DNA from: a virus
Strand: one strand, 5' to 3'
Virus record (IMG/VR): IMGVR_UViG_3300009787_000003
Span: 1 to 40,997 of that record
Length of the DNA stretch: 40,997 nt
The position numbers and the translations under genes are program-made. Below are positions 1 to 8,516 of the stretch, piece after piece. Positions within the stretch are counted from its first letter, which is position 1, and each line of letters starts with the position of its first letter. The notes under the pieces are model-generated. The model was not told the origin of the DNA, did no database searches, and worked only from the letters and a program-made list of their open reading frames with translations.

Positions 1-123
1 CTAGGCTGTCGCTCTGTGGGCATCCATCAAACACCCTTCGGCGCTTGCGAAAAATTCGTGATGACGCGCCAAATGTGGAAAGCAAACTGACATGGGTTTC
101 CTTAGCAGCGTCTTTGGCGGTTC
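1..123. repeat. terminal overlap, identical to 40875-40997 (unit length 40874 bp)
   Basis: Read directly: both copies run ctaggctgtcgctctg...tctttggcggttc. The copy spans the 3' end of one gene (stop 88-90 = 40962-40964) and the ATG of the next (92 = 40966). Confidence 0.95.
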
Positions 124-583
124 ACAGTCGTCATCCTCAAACCAAAACAACGGGCTTGTAACAAGCAATGCTTCGACGGCTGTCAACAATGGCAACACCG
201 CCAGCAATTATCTGACGGCGCTTTTGACCGGCCAAGGCAATACCGGCGCGGCCAATGCAGGCTATCAGAATTATTTGCAGATGGCCGGATATGCCCCGGC
301 GATGAAACAGCTTTCGCGATCGGTGACAGGTCAAGGCGCAGCGGCGGGACTGTTGAATTCCGGCGCAGACGCCACAGCGTTGCAGAACCAAGGCGCGCAA
401 TTGAACAACCAATTTTTCAACAATTATCTGCAAGGGCTTGGCGGGCTGTCCGGTCAAGGATTGCAGGCCAACAGCACAATTGCAGGCGCTGGCCAGACTT
501 CGAGCAGCAGCAACAATACCGGCTTGTTTGGAGCCAATTCAGACGGTTCGACAAATGCGGGCAACTTTTTGTCGATTTTTTAA
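92..583 (+). CDS. Gly/Asn/Gln/Ser-rich low-complexity virion protein (putative ejection protein 1)
   Basis: 163-aa ORF starting 1 nt after the preceding stop. It is the first of three consecutive genes (163, 516, 937 aa) in the position of P22 gp7-gp20-gp16. The assignment is positional only. Confidence 0.6.
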   Translation: MGFLSSVFGGSQSSSSNQNNGLVTSNASTAVNNGNTASNYLTALLTGQGNTGAANAGYQNYLQMAGYAPAMKQLSRSVTGQGAAAGLLNSGADATALQNQGAQLNNQFFNNYLQGLGGLSGQGLQANSTIAGAGQTSSSSNNTGLFGANSDGSTNAGNFLSIF

Positions 584-595
584 TAGGATTTTTCG

Positions 596-2146
596 ATGGC
601 TTCCGCACCCCCTTATGACCCTTCGATCGATTATGCCGCGTTGGGCTATGGTCCCGACATGCCCGGTCAAAACGTCATGCAGGGCATGCCTCAGGCGCAA
701 GCCGGGCCAACAGATCTTTTGTCGCAGATCCAGCCCCAAGCCGTCGATCCAAACGCGGTGCCCCAGGCTGCGCCCGCAGATCCGAATACTGCGCCACCAC
801 CTGCAAATATTTTACAGCAGGCCATGCAGCCGCAAATGCAATCGGGTGCCGACCGCCTTGGAACGGTTCAACCGTCGCAAAATTTTGGCCAACTTGGAAC
901 GTATGTTCCGCCACAGGTTGCGCCACCGCGTCAACGTGCTTCATTCCTTGATTTTCTTGGAAAATTAGGCGAGCGGATCAATCAAAATTTTGGTGATCAT
1001 TACGGGGATCACGCATACGCAAGGCAAGAATTGGCTCGCACCAACGCGATCACCGACGCGACGAAACTTCAGGATCTCGCGCAGACCGGTGTGGCGACAC
1101 AGCAAAATGCCAATCAGCTTGTCAACGCTTTTGCCAATGGGTTGAAATCGATCAAGGATGCTGGCGGCAATCTCGCTGCGTCGGCTCCCGCGCTCGCACA
1201 GCAACTTGGTATTCCGCCGCAGCAAGCCCAGGCGATTTTGAACCAGGAGCAACAAACACCGGGCTTTGTTGATAACCTTGCAGCGGCGACCGAAAGCGCC
1301 GCAAAAGGCGGCAAAACCGGGCGCGAATTGGCGTTGGCCTTGACACAAGCCCTTGGTCCCGATGGCAAGCCTGTTTTTTTGCAAGCTGGCGCAGACGGCC
1401 AGCCGCACCCGCTTGCCGGGTATTCTCCGATCCCGGCACTGGGAACGATCAACACCGGCACGGGCGAAGCCGTTTACGACAAGAAAGATCCGACCGCAAA
1501 AATTATCAAGACGATCACAAAATCCGGTGCCCCGGAATCGGGTACCGTCGCCACAGGAACAGACGCAAACGGGAACCCGACCTATGCGCCGCTGCCGGGA
1601 TCGCTACATCAAGCAAATGTTGACAAAGCGAAAGCTGAAACAGATAAAGTTACAGCGGCAAATCAGGCAGCAGCAGAAAAAGCAAGAGCGACAGCCGCCG
1701 CCGAACAGCAAAAGCAACGAGCCGTCCAAGACAACTTGAAATCGCTCGAAGCCGGAATTTACAAGCTCCGGGATCTTGGCGCGCTCAATTCGTCTGCGGC
1801 AAATCCTGTCGGCAACGTCGTCAATGCTTTCCAAGCAACCGGCGTTGGGCAAGCAATTTCGCACGTCACTAACCCTGACGTTGCGGCGGCTCGCGATCAG
1901 ATCAAGGCCGCTGCAAATGGCATTTTGCTGAATATGAGCGCTGGCCGAAGCCAAATGTTCCGCACCAACGCCGAACAGCAGCGGGCATTGCAAGCGATCA
2001 ACAATCCGCAATCGTCCCTGCCGGTCATGCTCCAGGCGTTGAAGGCTTTCAAAGATGCAGCGACGCCGGTAGCACCTGCCGCAGCTCCAGCCGCAAAAGC
2101 TCCAGCGCCGAAAGGCACCTGGGGCAAAGCACAGGTAGTCCAGTAA
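596..2146 (+). CDS. Pro/Ala/Gln-rich putative ejection/internal virion protein 2
   Basis: 516-aa ORF tightly packed between neighbours, with coiled-coil-like Ala/Gln/Lys stretches. No enzymatic motif recognised. Confidence 0.65.
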   Translation: MASAPPYDPSIDYAALGYGPDMPGQNVMQGMPQAQAGPTDLLSQIQPQAVDPNAVPQAAPADPNTAPPPANILQQAMQPQMQSGADRLGTVQPSQNFGQLGTYVPPQVAPPRQRASFLDFLGKLGERINQNFGDHYGDHAYARQELARTNAITDATKLQDLAQTGVATQQNANQLVNAFANGLKSIKDAGGNLAASAPALAQQLGIPPQQAQAILNQEQQTPGFVDNLAAATESAAKGGKTGRELALALTQALGPDGKPVFLQAGADGQPHPLAGYSPIPALGTINTGTGEAVYDKKDPTAKIIKTITKSGAPESGTVATGTDANGNPTYAPLPGSLHQANVDKAKAETDKVTAANQAAAEKARATAAAEQQKQRAVQDNLKSLEAGIYKLRDLGALNSSAANPVGNVVNAFQATGVGQAISHVTNPDVAAARDQIKAAANGILLNMSAGRSQMFRTNAEQQRALQAINNPQSSLPVMLQALKAFKDAATPVAPAAAPAAKAPAPKGTWGKAQVVQ

Positions 2147-4960
2147 ATGCCCAAATATCGGATGCAAGCGCCTGACGGCAAGGTTTACGAAATCACCGGC
2201 CCGGCTGGGGCATCGGACGCGGACGTGCGGGCGGCGATCCTGCAACAAAATCCCCATCTGGCGGCGATGACACGCCCGACGCTGACAGTGCGGCCCCAGC
2301 CAGCCCCGCAACCCCAACGTGCACCCACAACTGCCCCGCAAAACTGGTATCAACGGTTGATGCAAGGCGGTGCAGACGCGATCAACACTTATGCCCGTCC
2401 GGTTTCCGCGACGTTCCGGGGCATCCAAAACATGATCCCCGGCATCGATCACCTTGCGGCTGGGTTCAACGAGATTGGCTCGTACACGGGGTTGAACCAC
2501 ACCGATCCGAATATGAGCTATGCTGATCGTGTGCGTGCTTTTCAGGCCGCGCGCGAAGCTGAAATGAACCAGGATATCCACGGTCCTTCCACGGGTGCCG
2601 CAGTCGGGCATTATGTGGGCGAAGGCGCGGGATTGGTTGGCGGCGGCATCGGGGAAGCCAAGGTTGCGGGAAATCTGATTGGTCGCACCGGCAGCAATTT
2701 TCTTGAGGCTTTGACGCGGCTCAATGAAGGCTCGAAAGTCGCACGGGCAGGGAAGATCGCATTGGCCGGTGCAACGTCGGGTGCAGTCGCGGGCGCAGCA
2801 AATTCCAAGACGCTTGCCGAAGTGCCCGGCAACACTGCCGAAGGTGCGACCGTGGGCGCCGTTGCGGCTCCCTTGGGGGCTCTTGGTGCGAAATTCCTTG
2901 GTGCGCTTGGTTCCCGAATTGGTGATGCAGCCGGAGCGTCGAACGCAGCGAATATTCTGCGCCGGTATGTCAACACGACTGCCGAAGATCTCGCCGCAAA
3001 GGCTGCGGCCTGGAAAGCGCGGACGGGTGCAAATCCAACCGTTTACGAATTGTTGCCGCTTGCCGATCGGCAGAATGTGCAAAAGATGCTGGGGATCACA
3101 CCTGCCACAGTGCGCGAACACGCCGGGGAATTGATCAACCAGCGCGGGGCCAACATCGGGCCGGAAATTGCAGCCGTTGGCAACCGGGCAATTGCGCCTG
3201 CCCGCGACGATATCGTGAAAACGGTGGCGGGAGATCTCGCCGCGTCACGGGGCAAGCTGCAACCGACGCCCGACGAAATTCAGCTTGCCAATGAGGCGGC
3301 ACGCAATCCGCAACGGCTGGCAGATCTGCGCGATCAGGAAGCGGGCAACATCATGGCACCCCATGATGCCACGGAAGCGTATCCGGCTGTCAAGGATTTG
3401 CTGCCGAAACCGCAGCCGGTAATGAAACCTGATGGCAATATTGTCATGGAAGATCCGTTTCCTGACGTTACGGCGGCTATTCGTGCCGTCGCCGGTTCGA
3501 AAAATATCAGCAAAGATCCGGTGACGATCAGTGATATTTCGGACATGGTGCGCAAACTGCAAAATCAGTCCGGTTCGCCAGACCAGATCAAGGCGGGCGT
3601 GGCTTCCCAAGCGGTCAAGCATTTGCAAGATCTTTTGGAACAAGATCACCCCGAAGCCGCAGCCGCGATGCAGCAGATGCGCGACCAATATGCGGCTCGA
3701 TCGCGCATGCTCGAAGGCTTTGGTGAAGGGCTGCAAACACGGCTTCAGGAAAATATTCCGCCGAACCAGCTTTCGCGCCCAATCGAAAATGCTTATGGCA
3801 CCGACGAAGGCGCTACAGGCAGGTTCCTGGGGCAAGCATCGCAGATCGAGCAACAGCTTTTGCGTGCGCCACAGTCGTCTTTGCGGGCAGCATCGGACAT
3901 CGCAGAAAACCCGACGACACAGGAAGCGATTTCGCGCAACCTGGAGCCGGGGAACGCTATGCAACAGCCGCCAGCCGCGCCGGGACCTGCCGGGCCTCCA
4001 GGACCGGTTGGGCAGCAGATTGCGAGCGCAACCCAAGCGCAGACACAAAGCGCCCAGCGTCTTGCCGCGCTCAATCCCGAAACCGGCAACACAAATTCGA
4101 CGGGCCTGCCGGATCTTGTCAAAAATTTGGTCGAATTGGACCCTTCGACCATGACCGGCACGAAGGCCAGGGCGCTGTCGCGTCTTACTCGCATTTTTGC
4201 GACGTTGCCCGAAAAGCAAACGGGGCAGCTTGTGGACGCACTATTTTCGCAAAATCCTGCGCAGACTGCCGCAGCGCTCAAATTTATGAACAACCAGGGC
4301 GACACCGGCAAAGCTGCGCTGGCAGCGCTCCAGCAAGCTATGGCGATCGGCGGCACGGCGGCGGGCATCGGTACCAAAGAACCGGTTCCCGCGCCTGACG
4401 GCCAGCACCTTATCGGCTATGGGCAAAATTCTGACGGCTCCAGTTATCCGATGTATGGCAACACTACGCCAGATCCAGGCGTGACAGATCCGAATGCACC
4501 CCCGGTTCCGGCTGGGGCTGTCGATCCTTCGCAAAGCCCCTATATGGCCCAATTGAACGACGTGTATTCCAAAGCGGACCCGCGTTTGCTCGATTTGGCC
4601 GAACGCCTCCAGGAAAAGGAAAGCGGCGGCAAACACTACCGCGCTGACGGTTCGGTAATCACATCACCAAAAGGCGCGGTCGGCCTTATGCAAGTCATGC
4701 CCGCGACCGGCGTCGCGGTCGCACAGCAAGTCGGCTTGCCTGCCGATACTGTCGCGCTTCACAATGACCCCGCTTATAATAAATTGATCGGGGTGCACCT
4801 GATCGATCAGCTTATGACGCGGTACGATGGCGATCGACGCAAGGCCGCTGCGGCATACAATTCCAACCCTGCGACCGTGGACGCTGCCGTTGCGGCAGAT
4901 CCGCAGAATTGGCAAACCCATTTGCCCAAAGAGACGCAAAATTACATCGGAGATCTGTAA
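2147..4960 (+). CDS. internal virion protein with C-terminal lytic transglycosylase (SLT) domain
   Basis: 937 aa. The C-terminus EKESGGKHY...GAVGLMQVMPATG...AAYNSNPATV matches the catalytic-Glu, GLMQ and AYN motifs of family 1 lytic transglycosylases. The ATG abuts the previous stop. Confidence 0.85.
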   Translation: MPKYRMQAPDGKVYEITGPAGASDADVRAAILQQNPHLAAMTRPTLTVRPQPAPQPQRAPTTAPQNWYQRLMQGGADAINTYARPVSATFRGIQNMIPGIDHLAAGFNEIGSYTGLNHTDPNMSYADRVRAFQAAREAEMNQDIHGPSTGAAVGHYVGEGAGLVGGGIGEAKVAGNLIGRTGSNFLEALTRLNEGSKVARAGKIALAGATSGAVAGAANSKTLAEVPGNTAEGATVGAVAAPLGALGAKFLGALGSRIGDAAGASNAANILRRYVNTTAEDLAAKAAAWKARTGANPTVYELLPLADRQNVQKMLGITPATVREHAGELINQRGANIGPEIAAVGNRAIAPARDDIVKTVAGDLAASRGKLQPTPDEIQLANEAARNPQRLADLRDQEAGNIMAPHDATEAYPAVKDLLPKPQPVMKPDGNIVMEDPFPDVTAAIRAVAGSKNISKDPVTISDISDMVRKLQNQSGSPDQIKAGVASQAVKHLQDLLEQDHPEAAAAMQQMRDQYAARSRMLEGFGEGLQTRLQENIPPNQLSRPIENAYGTDEGATGRFLGQASQIEQQLLRAPQSSLRAASDIAENPTTQEAISRNLEPGNAMQQPPAAPGPAGPPGPVGQQIASATQAQTQSAQRLAALNPETGNTNSTGLPDLVKNLVELDPSTMTGTKARALSRLTRIFATLPEKQTGQLVDALFSQNPAQTAAALKFMNNQGDTGKAALAALQQAMAIGGTAAGIGTKEPVPAPDGQHLIGYGQNSDGSSYPMYGNTTPDPGVTDPNAPPVPAGAVDPSQSPYMAQLNDVYSKADPRLLDLAERLQEKESGGKHYRADGSVITSPKGAVGLMQVMPATGVAVAQQVGLPADTVALHNDPAYNKLIGVHLIDQLMTRYDGDRRKAAAAYNSNPATVDAAVAADPQNWQTHLPKETQNYIGDL

Positions 4961-5269
4961 ATGGTTGCGCGGCATACAAAATTAGACGATGCTTTCGGCT
5001 TGGAAGTTGATCCAGCAACGAGGGCGGTTATCTTGATCGAGGAAAGATTGCGCAATATCGAGGCACGATCCGAAGAACGATCAACCGTCGTCGCTCGGAT
5101 CGAGGCAACAGTCAACAATCAGCAAGCACAAATCAACCAAGTCGTAACGGACATGGCAGTCCTAAAATCGCAACATTCGTCATTTTGGAAAGCCACGACC
5201 GTTGTTTTTGCAATCCTGTCATTGCTTGGCGGGGCGATTGGTTGGGTTGTCAGCCACATGATGAAATAA
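4961..5269 (+). CDS. coiled-coil protein with C-terminal transmembrane anchor (lysis-cassette associated)
   Basis: 102 aa. The ATG directly follows the previous TAA. The C-terminal hydrophobic stretch is FWKATTVVFAILSLLGGAIGWVV. It sits immediately upstream of the holin candidate. Confidence 0.6.
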   Translation: MVARHTKLDDAFGLEVDPATRAVILIEERLRNIEARSEERSTVVARIEATVNNQQAQINQVVTDMAVLKSQHSSFWKATTVVFAILSLLGGAIGWVVSHMMK

Positions 5270-5280
5270 GGGGAAAACAT

Positions 5281-5619
5281 ATGTTCGAGATCGCGGGAAA
5301 ATGGATTGACGGACGCTTTATCGCTTTTCGGGATTGGCTCGATAAGCGATTGTTGCCGACGTGGCGTGTTTGGTGGAAATTGGCAACCATGCGTCTTGGC
5401 GTTGGCGTGGCAGCGCTATTCACTTATTTGACTGCGGTGCCGCAGGCGCTTACCCAAGCGCTCAATTCTTTGCCCGATTGGCTGCACCACAGCCTGCCGG
5501 AATGGATTGGGCCCCTGTCGCTAATCATTCTTTTCTTTGCTCGGTTTTGGGATCAGACGGCGAAAATCAATCCGCCTGCCCCGCCGCCCGCGCCGGAAAT
5601 TCACCATGGCGCAGAATGA
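5281..5619 (+). CDS. holin candidate (two predicted TM helices)
   Basis: Internal ATG of the 5185-5619 ORF, preceded by aaggggaaaacat. 112 aa with hydrophobic segments LATMRLGVGVAALFTYLTAV and IGPLSLIILFFARFW. The 3' end overlaps the endolysin start. Confidence 0.6.
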   Translation: MFEIAGKWIDGRFIAFRDWLDKRLLPTWRVWWKLATMRLGVGVAALFTYLTAVPQALTQALNSLPDWLHHSLPEWIGPLSLIILFFARFWDQTAKINPPAPPPAPEIHHGAE

Positions 5620-6121
5620 CCAGCAGCAGCCGCTAGGCTCTGCTCGCAAAGCGGGCGGTGTCGCAATCCTGATTGCCGCCGCTTGCTCCGTCAGTGCGCC
5701 TATGGCAACGTATTTTGAAGGCACTGTGCTTCATCCATACAACGATGGATTTGGGTATCAGTCGGTTTGCAACGGGGAACGCAATGTCCCCATGCACGAC
5801 TACACCGAAGCGCAATGCCTCGAAATGCTCAAATCGGAGCAAGCGAAGCAATATGGACCAGAAGTCTATGCCTGCTCGCCGCAGATCGCACACAATCCGT
5901 TTTTCTTCGGAGCCGCAATTGATGCAGCTTGGAATGCCGGTCCAGGCGCATATTGTCATTCCCCGATGGCGAAGCATTTTCGTGTCGGGGAAAATAAACA
6001 AGCGTGTGAGGCATTTCGCACGTGGGACGTTGACGTTCATGGCCGTGTCGTGCGCGGCCTACAACGTCGGCGTGACTATGATCCAATGAGCGAATATCAC
6101 ACTTGCCTAAAGGGGCTGTGA
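5606..6121 (+). CDS. SAR-type endolysin, T4-lysozyme-like (GH24) muramidase
   Basis: Starts MAQNDQQQP. The weakly hydrophobic Gly/Ala-rich N-terminal segment GGVAILIAAACSVSAPMA is followed by YFEGTVLHPYNDGFGYQS, giving the E-x8-D-x5-(S/T) catalytic triad spacing. Confidence 0.85.
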   Translation: MAQNDQQQPLGSARKAGGVAILIAAACSVSAPMATYFEGTVLHPYNDGFGYQSVCNGERNVPMHDYTEAQCLEMLKSEQAKQYGPEVYACSPQIAHNPFFFGAAIDAAWNAGPGAYCHSPMAKHFRVGENKQACEAFRTWDVDVHGRVVRGLQRRRDYDPMSEYHTCLKGL

Positions 6122-6122
6122 C

Positions 6123-6896
6123 ATGGGAACCGTTATTGCGTGGCTTTTGGAAAATCTGACATCGAAAATTGCGCTGCCGATTATAGCCGTCATGTTGGTT
6201 GCGAATATCGGGACCGGCATTGCGCTGGAAATTACTCGGATCACGCTCCAGCATCGGACGGAAGATCTGGCAGCGGAAAAAGCCACGCATGCGGCAGACA
6301 TCGCAACCTATCAAGCCGCCACGGCCCAGGCAAAGGCGCTCGATCAGCAGCATGCTTTGACTGTCAAGGAAGGCCAAGACCAAGTTACCACGGAGAAACA
6401 ACATGACCTGGAAAATCAGCTTGCTTCCGCTCGCGCTGTCGCTGCTAACTTCGTGCGGCAACACCCCGCACCCGCAGTCGTACCAAGCGGTCGCGACAAC
6501 CCGCCAGTGCCCGCCGCCCCCGACGCCACCGACAGCGTTGACCGCGCCCCTGGTTCGACCGTCATTCCTGCAACCGACGCCGACGCCTGCGCAATAGCCT
6601 ATACGGTCGCTGTCGGCTGGCAACAATGGTACGCTAAGGAAATGCAGGTAATCAAAGACAATGCAGATCCGAAAAACCAAATTTCCGATTTGCCGCCTGT
6701 CTCGCTTGGTGTGCCAGATCCACGGTTGGAAAAGAACCTAAGTGGATCTGCACCCCATCAACCCGAACGTGTGCCAGATATTTCCCGCGTTTCAGTCGAA
6801 CGCCATTTGGCAGACCCCGCAAACGTGACCGCCGACGCATATTCCTTGAATTTACCGAATGTGGAACGTCCCGCAGATTTGCGATCCGATAATTAG
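6123..6896 (+). CDS. i-spanin (Rz-like), with an unusually long 3' extension
   Basis: N-terminal TM segment IALPIIAVMLVANIGTGIAL followed by Ala/Gln/Glu coiled-coil sequence. It contains the embedded o-spanin ORF. The last 245 nt are antisense to the HNH gene at 6652-7131. Confidence 0.7.
   Translation: MGTVIAWLLENLTSKIALPIIAVMLVANIGTGIALEITRITLQHRTEDLAAEKATHAADIATYQAATAQAKALDQQHALTVKEGQDQVTTEKQHDLENQLASARAVAANFVRQHPAPAVVPSGRDNPPVPAAPDATDSVDRAPGSTVIPATDADACAIAYTVAVGWQQWYAKEMQVIKDNADPKNQISDLPPVSLGVPDPRLEKNLSGSAPHQPERVPDISRVSVERHLADPANVTADAYSLNLPNVERPADLRSDN
6403..6597 (+). CDS. o-spanin (Rz1-like lipoprotein), fully embedded in the i-spanin gene in another frame
   Basis: MTWKISLLPLALSLLTSC has a signal peptide plus lipobox L-T-S-C. 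The mature part is short and Pro-rich. GGAG lies 7 nt upstream of the ATG. Confidence 0.8.
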   Translation: MTWKISLLPLALSLLTSCGNTPHPQSYQAVATTRQCPPPPTPPTALTAPLVRPSFLQPTPTPAQ

Positions 6897-7131
6897 AAGT
6901 ATCACCGTCCCAATGGTCAATTTCGGATGGCCAGTAAGAATAAAAGTGTGCCCATGCGATCGTGTGTGCTCGCACGTCAAAATTCAATAATTGACCGTGT
7001 GGGTAGCCGTTGGAATCGAGCGCAGTGAATGCCTCGACCCCTAACGATCGCCACGTTAGCACACCGGCAATAGGATCATAGTCCAAGTAATCACGGACTT
7101 CCCAAGCCTCGATCGCGTCATAGATAGGCAT
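6652..7131 (-). CDS. HNH homing endonuclease with AP2-like DNA-binding domain
   Basis: AHTIAWAHFYSYWPSEIDHWDGDTSNYRIANLR (HNH_3-like) followed by NGVRLKRGKYLAHVRVDGVQIHLGSFPTVDLAHQARQAA (AP2-like). The start is set at the internal ATG MPIYD because the upstream micro-ORF stops 7 nt before it. Confidence 0.8.
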   Translation of the reverse strand: MPIYDAIEAWEVRDYLDYDPIAGVLTWRSLGVEAFTALDSNGYPHGQLLNFDVRAHTIAWAHFYSYWPSEIDHWDGDTSNYRIANLRDVPHSVNSRNMRRRSRLRGLPNGVRLKRGKYLAHVRVDGVQIHLGSFPTVDLAHQARQAANRKFGFSDLHCL

Positions 7132-7138
7132 GATCGGA

Positions 7139-7312
7139 TCAGTGGCAGCAGACAGGGCAGTAGTCCCAATCGTTCCCGTGCGGGCAGAGGAAATCGACCG
7201 GCCCGTGAATTTGCTCGCAGCCGTCACGATACCCCAAGTTGTAGCAAAAGAGCGCCAGCCACAGGACGACGAAAAGAATAGCCAAGGCGAAAGTGATCGA
7301 GAATAAAATCAC
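7139..7312 (-). CDS. 57-aa membrane-anchored Cys-rich micro-protein
   Basis: Below the track cutoff. The GTG start overlaps the RuvC stop (GTGA). Translation: MILFSITFALAILFVVLWLALFCYNLGYRDGCEQIHGPVDFLCPHGNDWDYCPVCCH. Confidence 0.45.
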   Translation of the reverse strand: MILFSITFALAILFVVLWLALFCYNLGYRDGCEQIHGPVDFLCPHGNDWDYCPVCCH

Positions 7313-7779
7313 AGGAATTTCCTTCCATAATACGCCATTAAGGCAGCTTCCGCACGTCCGTCATCTTTGACCCGTGCAACCAGATCTGCATACTTGGGCC
7401 AAAGGGATCGGAATTTCTCGCGACTGGCATCCTTGCCGCTGTTCAATAGCCCTAGCTTGCCTTTCCATACCGAAGGCGTGACGAATTCGACACGCGCTCT
7501 AGAAGCGCAAGCGATCGCATGGACAAACCCCAGCGATCGGCCAAAATTGAATGTCGAAGCAACGCCTTGCTTTGGCATCGAAGCGACATGCTCGATCACG
7601 ATCAGATCCGGCGCCGCGAATTCAAGAGCGCTGGCCCAGGATATCGCCCAGGCGGTGTATAGCGGCTTATCTTTGCCCTTGATCTTGTCGGTCGGCACAT
7701 CGAAGCATTGCACCGCGCCGTCAGGATAGACGATCGAGAGCGCGCCCGATTTGCCTGGATCAATTCCGGCGATCGTCAT
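7309..7779 (-). CDS. RuvC-like Holliday junction resolvase
   Basis: MTIAGIDPGKSGA (first catalytic Asp), LIVIEHV (Glu), KDDGRAEAALMA (C-terminal Asp). The size of 156 aa is typical. Confidence 0.8.
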   Translation of the reverse strand: MTIAGIDPGKSGALSIVYPDGAVQCFDVPTDKIKGKDKPLYTAWAISWASALEFAAPDLIVIEHVASMPKQGVASTFNFGRSLGFVHAIACASRARVEFVTPSVWKGKLGLLNSGKDASREKFRSLWPKYADLVARVKDDGRAEAALMAYYGRKFL

Positions 7780-7949
7780 TTGTGAAAAATCCTAAAAACA
7801 AATGCTAAAAATGCCAGCACCCAAAAAATCGGCCAAATTAAGCCGCAAAAAACAACAGCGTTTTCGTCTGTTTCGTCAGAAAAAGGCGCACAAATTGCAC
7901 AGGTTAATGTAGCACCTATCAGATACAAAATCCCGCAAATAATCAACAT
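7776..7949 (-). CDS. 57-aa two-TM micro-protein
   Basis: Below the track cutoff. AGGGGG lies 6 nt upstream of the ATG, and the stop overlaps the RuvC ATG (ATGA). Translation: MLIICGILYLIGATLTCAICAPFSDETDENAVVFCGLIWPIFWVLAFLAFVFRIFHK. Confidence 0.45.
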   Translation of the reverse strand: MLIICGILYLIGATLTCAICAPFSDETDENAVVFCGLIWPIFWVLAFLAFVFRIFHK

Positions 7950-7958
7950 AAAAACCCC

Positions 7959-8516
7959 CTAAAACGGACATTGATCAAATTCCAGTTTTGGCAAAAACGG
8001 TGCAAGCCACGCTGGCGGCACATGAAAAGGGAAATCGCCTGGATCTCGAATTCTCTCCGGCTCCGGCTCCGATCCGACTTGGACTAGCACCCAATAATGC
8101 TTGGTGGCAAGATCCTGGTAAGCGCGGCCTGGACGGGTGTTCTGTAATTCCCGGTTCACCGCAGCCGGTTCCGGCTTGACGTGATGCACACAGAGTGTTG
8201 ACGGACCAGCCGGGCAGCAATGATCAACCTGTAAGCCGTCGATCTCAAACCCGTGGATATGCTTTGCAGCCCATCGGTGGGCCAACCAAACTTGTTCGCC
8301 ATCCCGGAACCGACCGTAAGGCTGTGTGTGGCCTTGGCCCTTCGTCTGTCCACCAATCCACATGACGCAGCCTGTGAAAGGATCGAAAGCGCATTTTTCC
8401 GCAAACCGTTCGATCGCGGGTTTCCCCGGCTTGGAATAGAAGCGCTTTTTTATTTCCTGTAGCGGTTCATCTTTTCTACGTTGGCTTTCACACGCAATCG
8501 ACGTTCGATCATCCAT
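7959..8516 (-). CDS. HNH endonuclease
   Basis: CVMWIGGQTKGQGHTQPYGRF...WLAHRWAAKHIHGFEIDGLQVDHCC...LCVHHVKPE follows the HNH pattern. The 5' end overlaps the polymerase 3' end by 67 nt, so the start is uncertain. Confidence 0.7.
   Translation of the reverse strand: MDDRTSIACESQRRKDEPLQEIKKRFYSKPGKPAIERFAEKCAFDPFTGCVMWIGGQTKGQGHTQPYGRFRDGEQVWLAHRWAAKHIHGFEIDGLQVDHCCPAGPSTLCVHHVKPEPAAVNRELQNTRPGRAYQDLATKHYWVLVQVGSEPEPERIRDPGDFPFHVPPAWLAPFLPKLEFDQCPF

Noticed and set aside
1-207. 68-aa minus-strand ORF at the window start.
   Set aside because: It is antisense to the duplicated 3' end of the 40566-40964 gene and to the start of 92-583, and it is truncated by the window edge.
1604-3121. 505-aa minus-strand ORF. 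Similar long antisense ORFs lie at 30866-32257, 32224-33405, 3245-4219 and 12739-13908 (plus strand).
   Set aside because: Each lies antisense to a gene with recognisable motifs (SLT protein, portal, scaffold, Cas4-like nuclease). Each has Arg/Cys/Gly-rich composition typical of antisense frames, and none has an SD or coupling signal.
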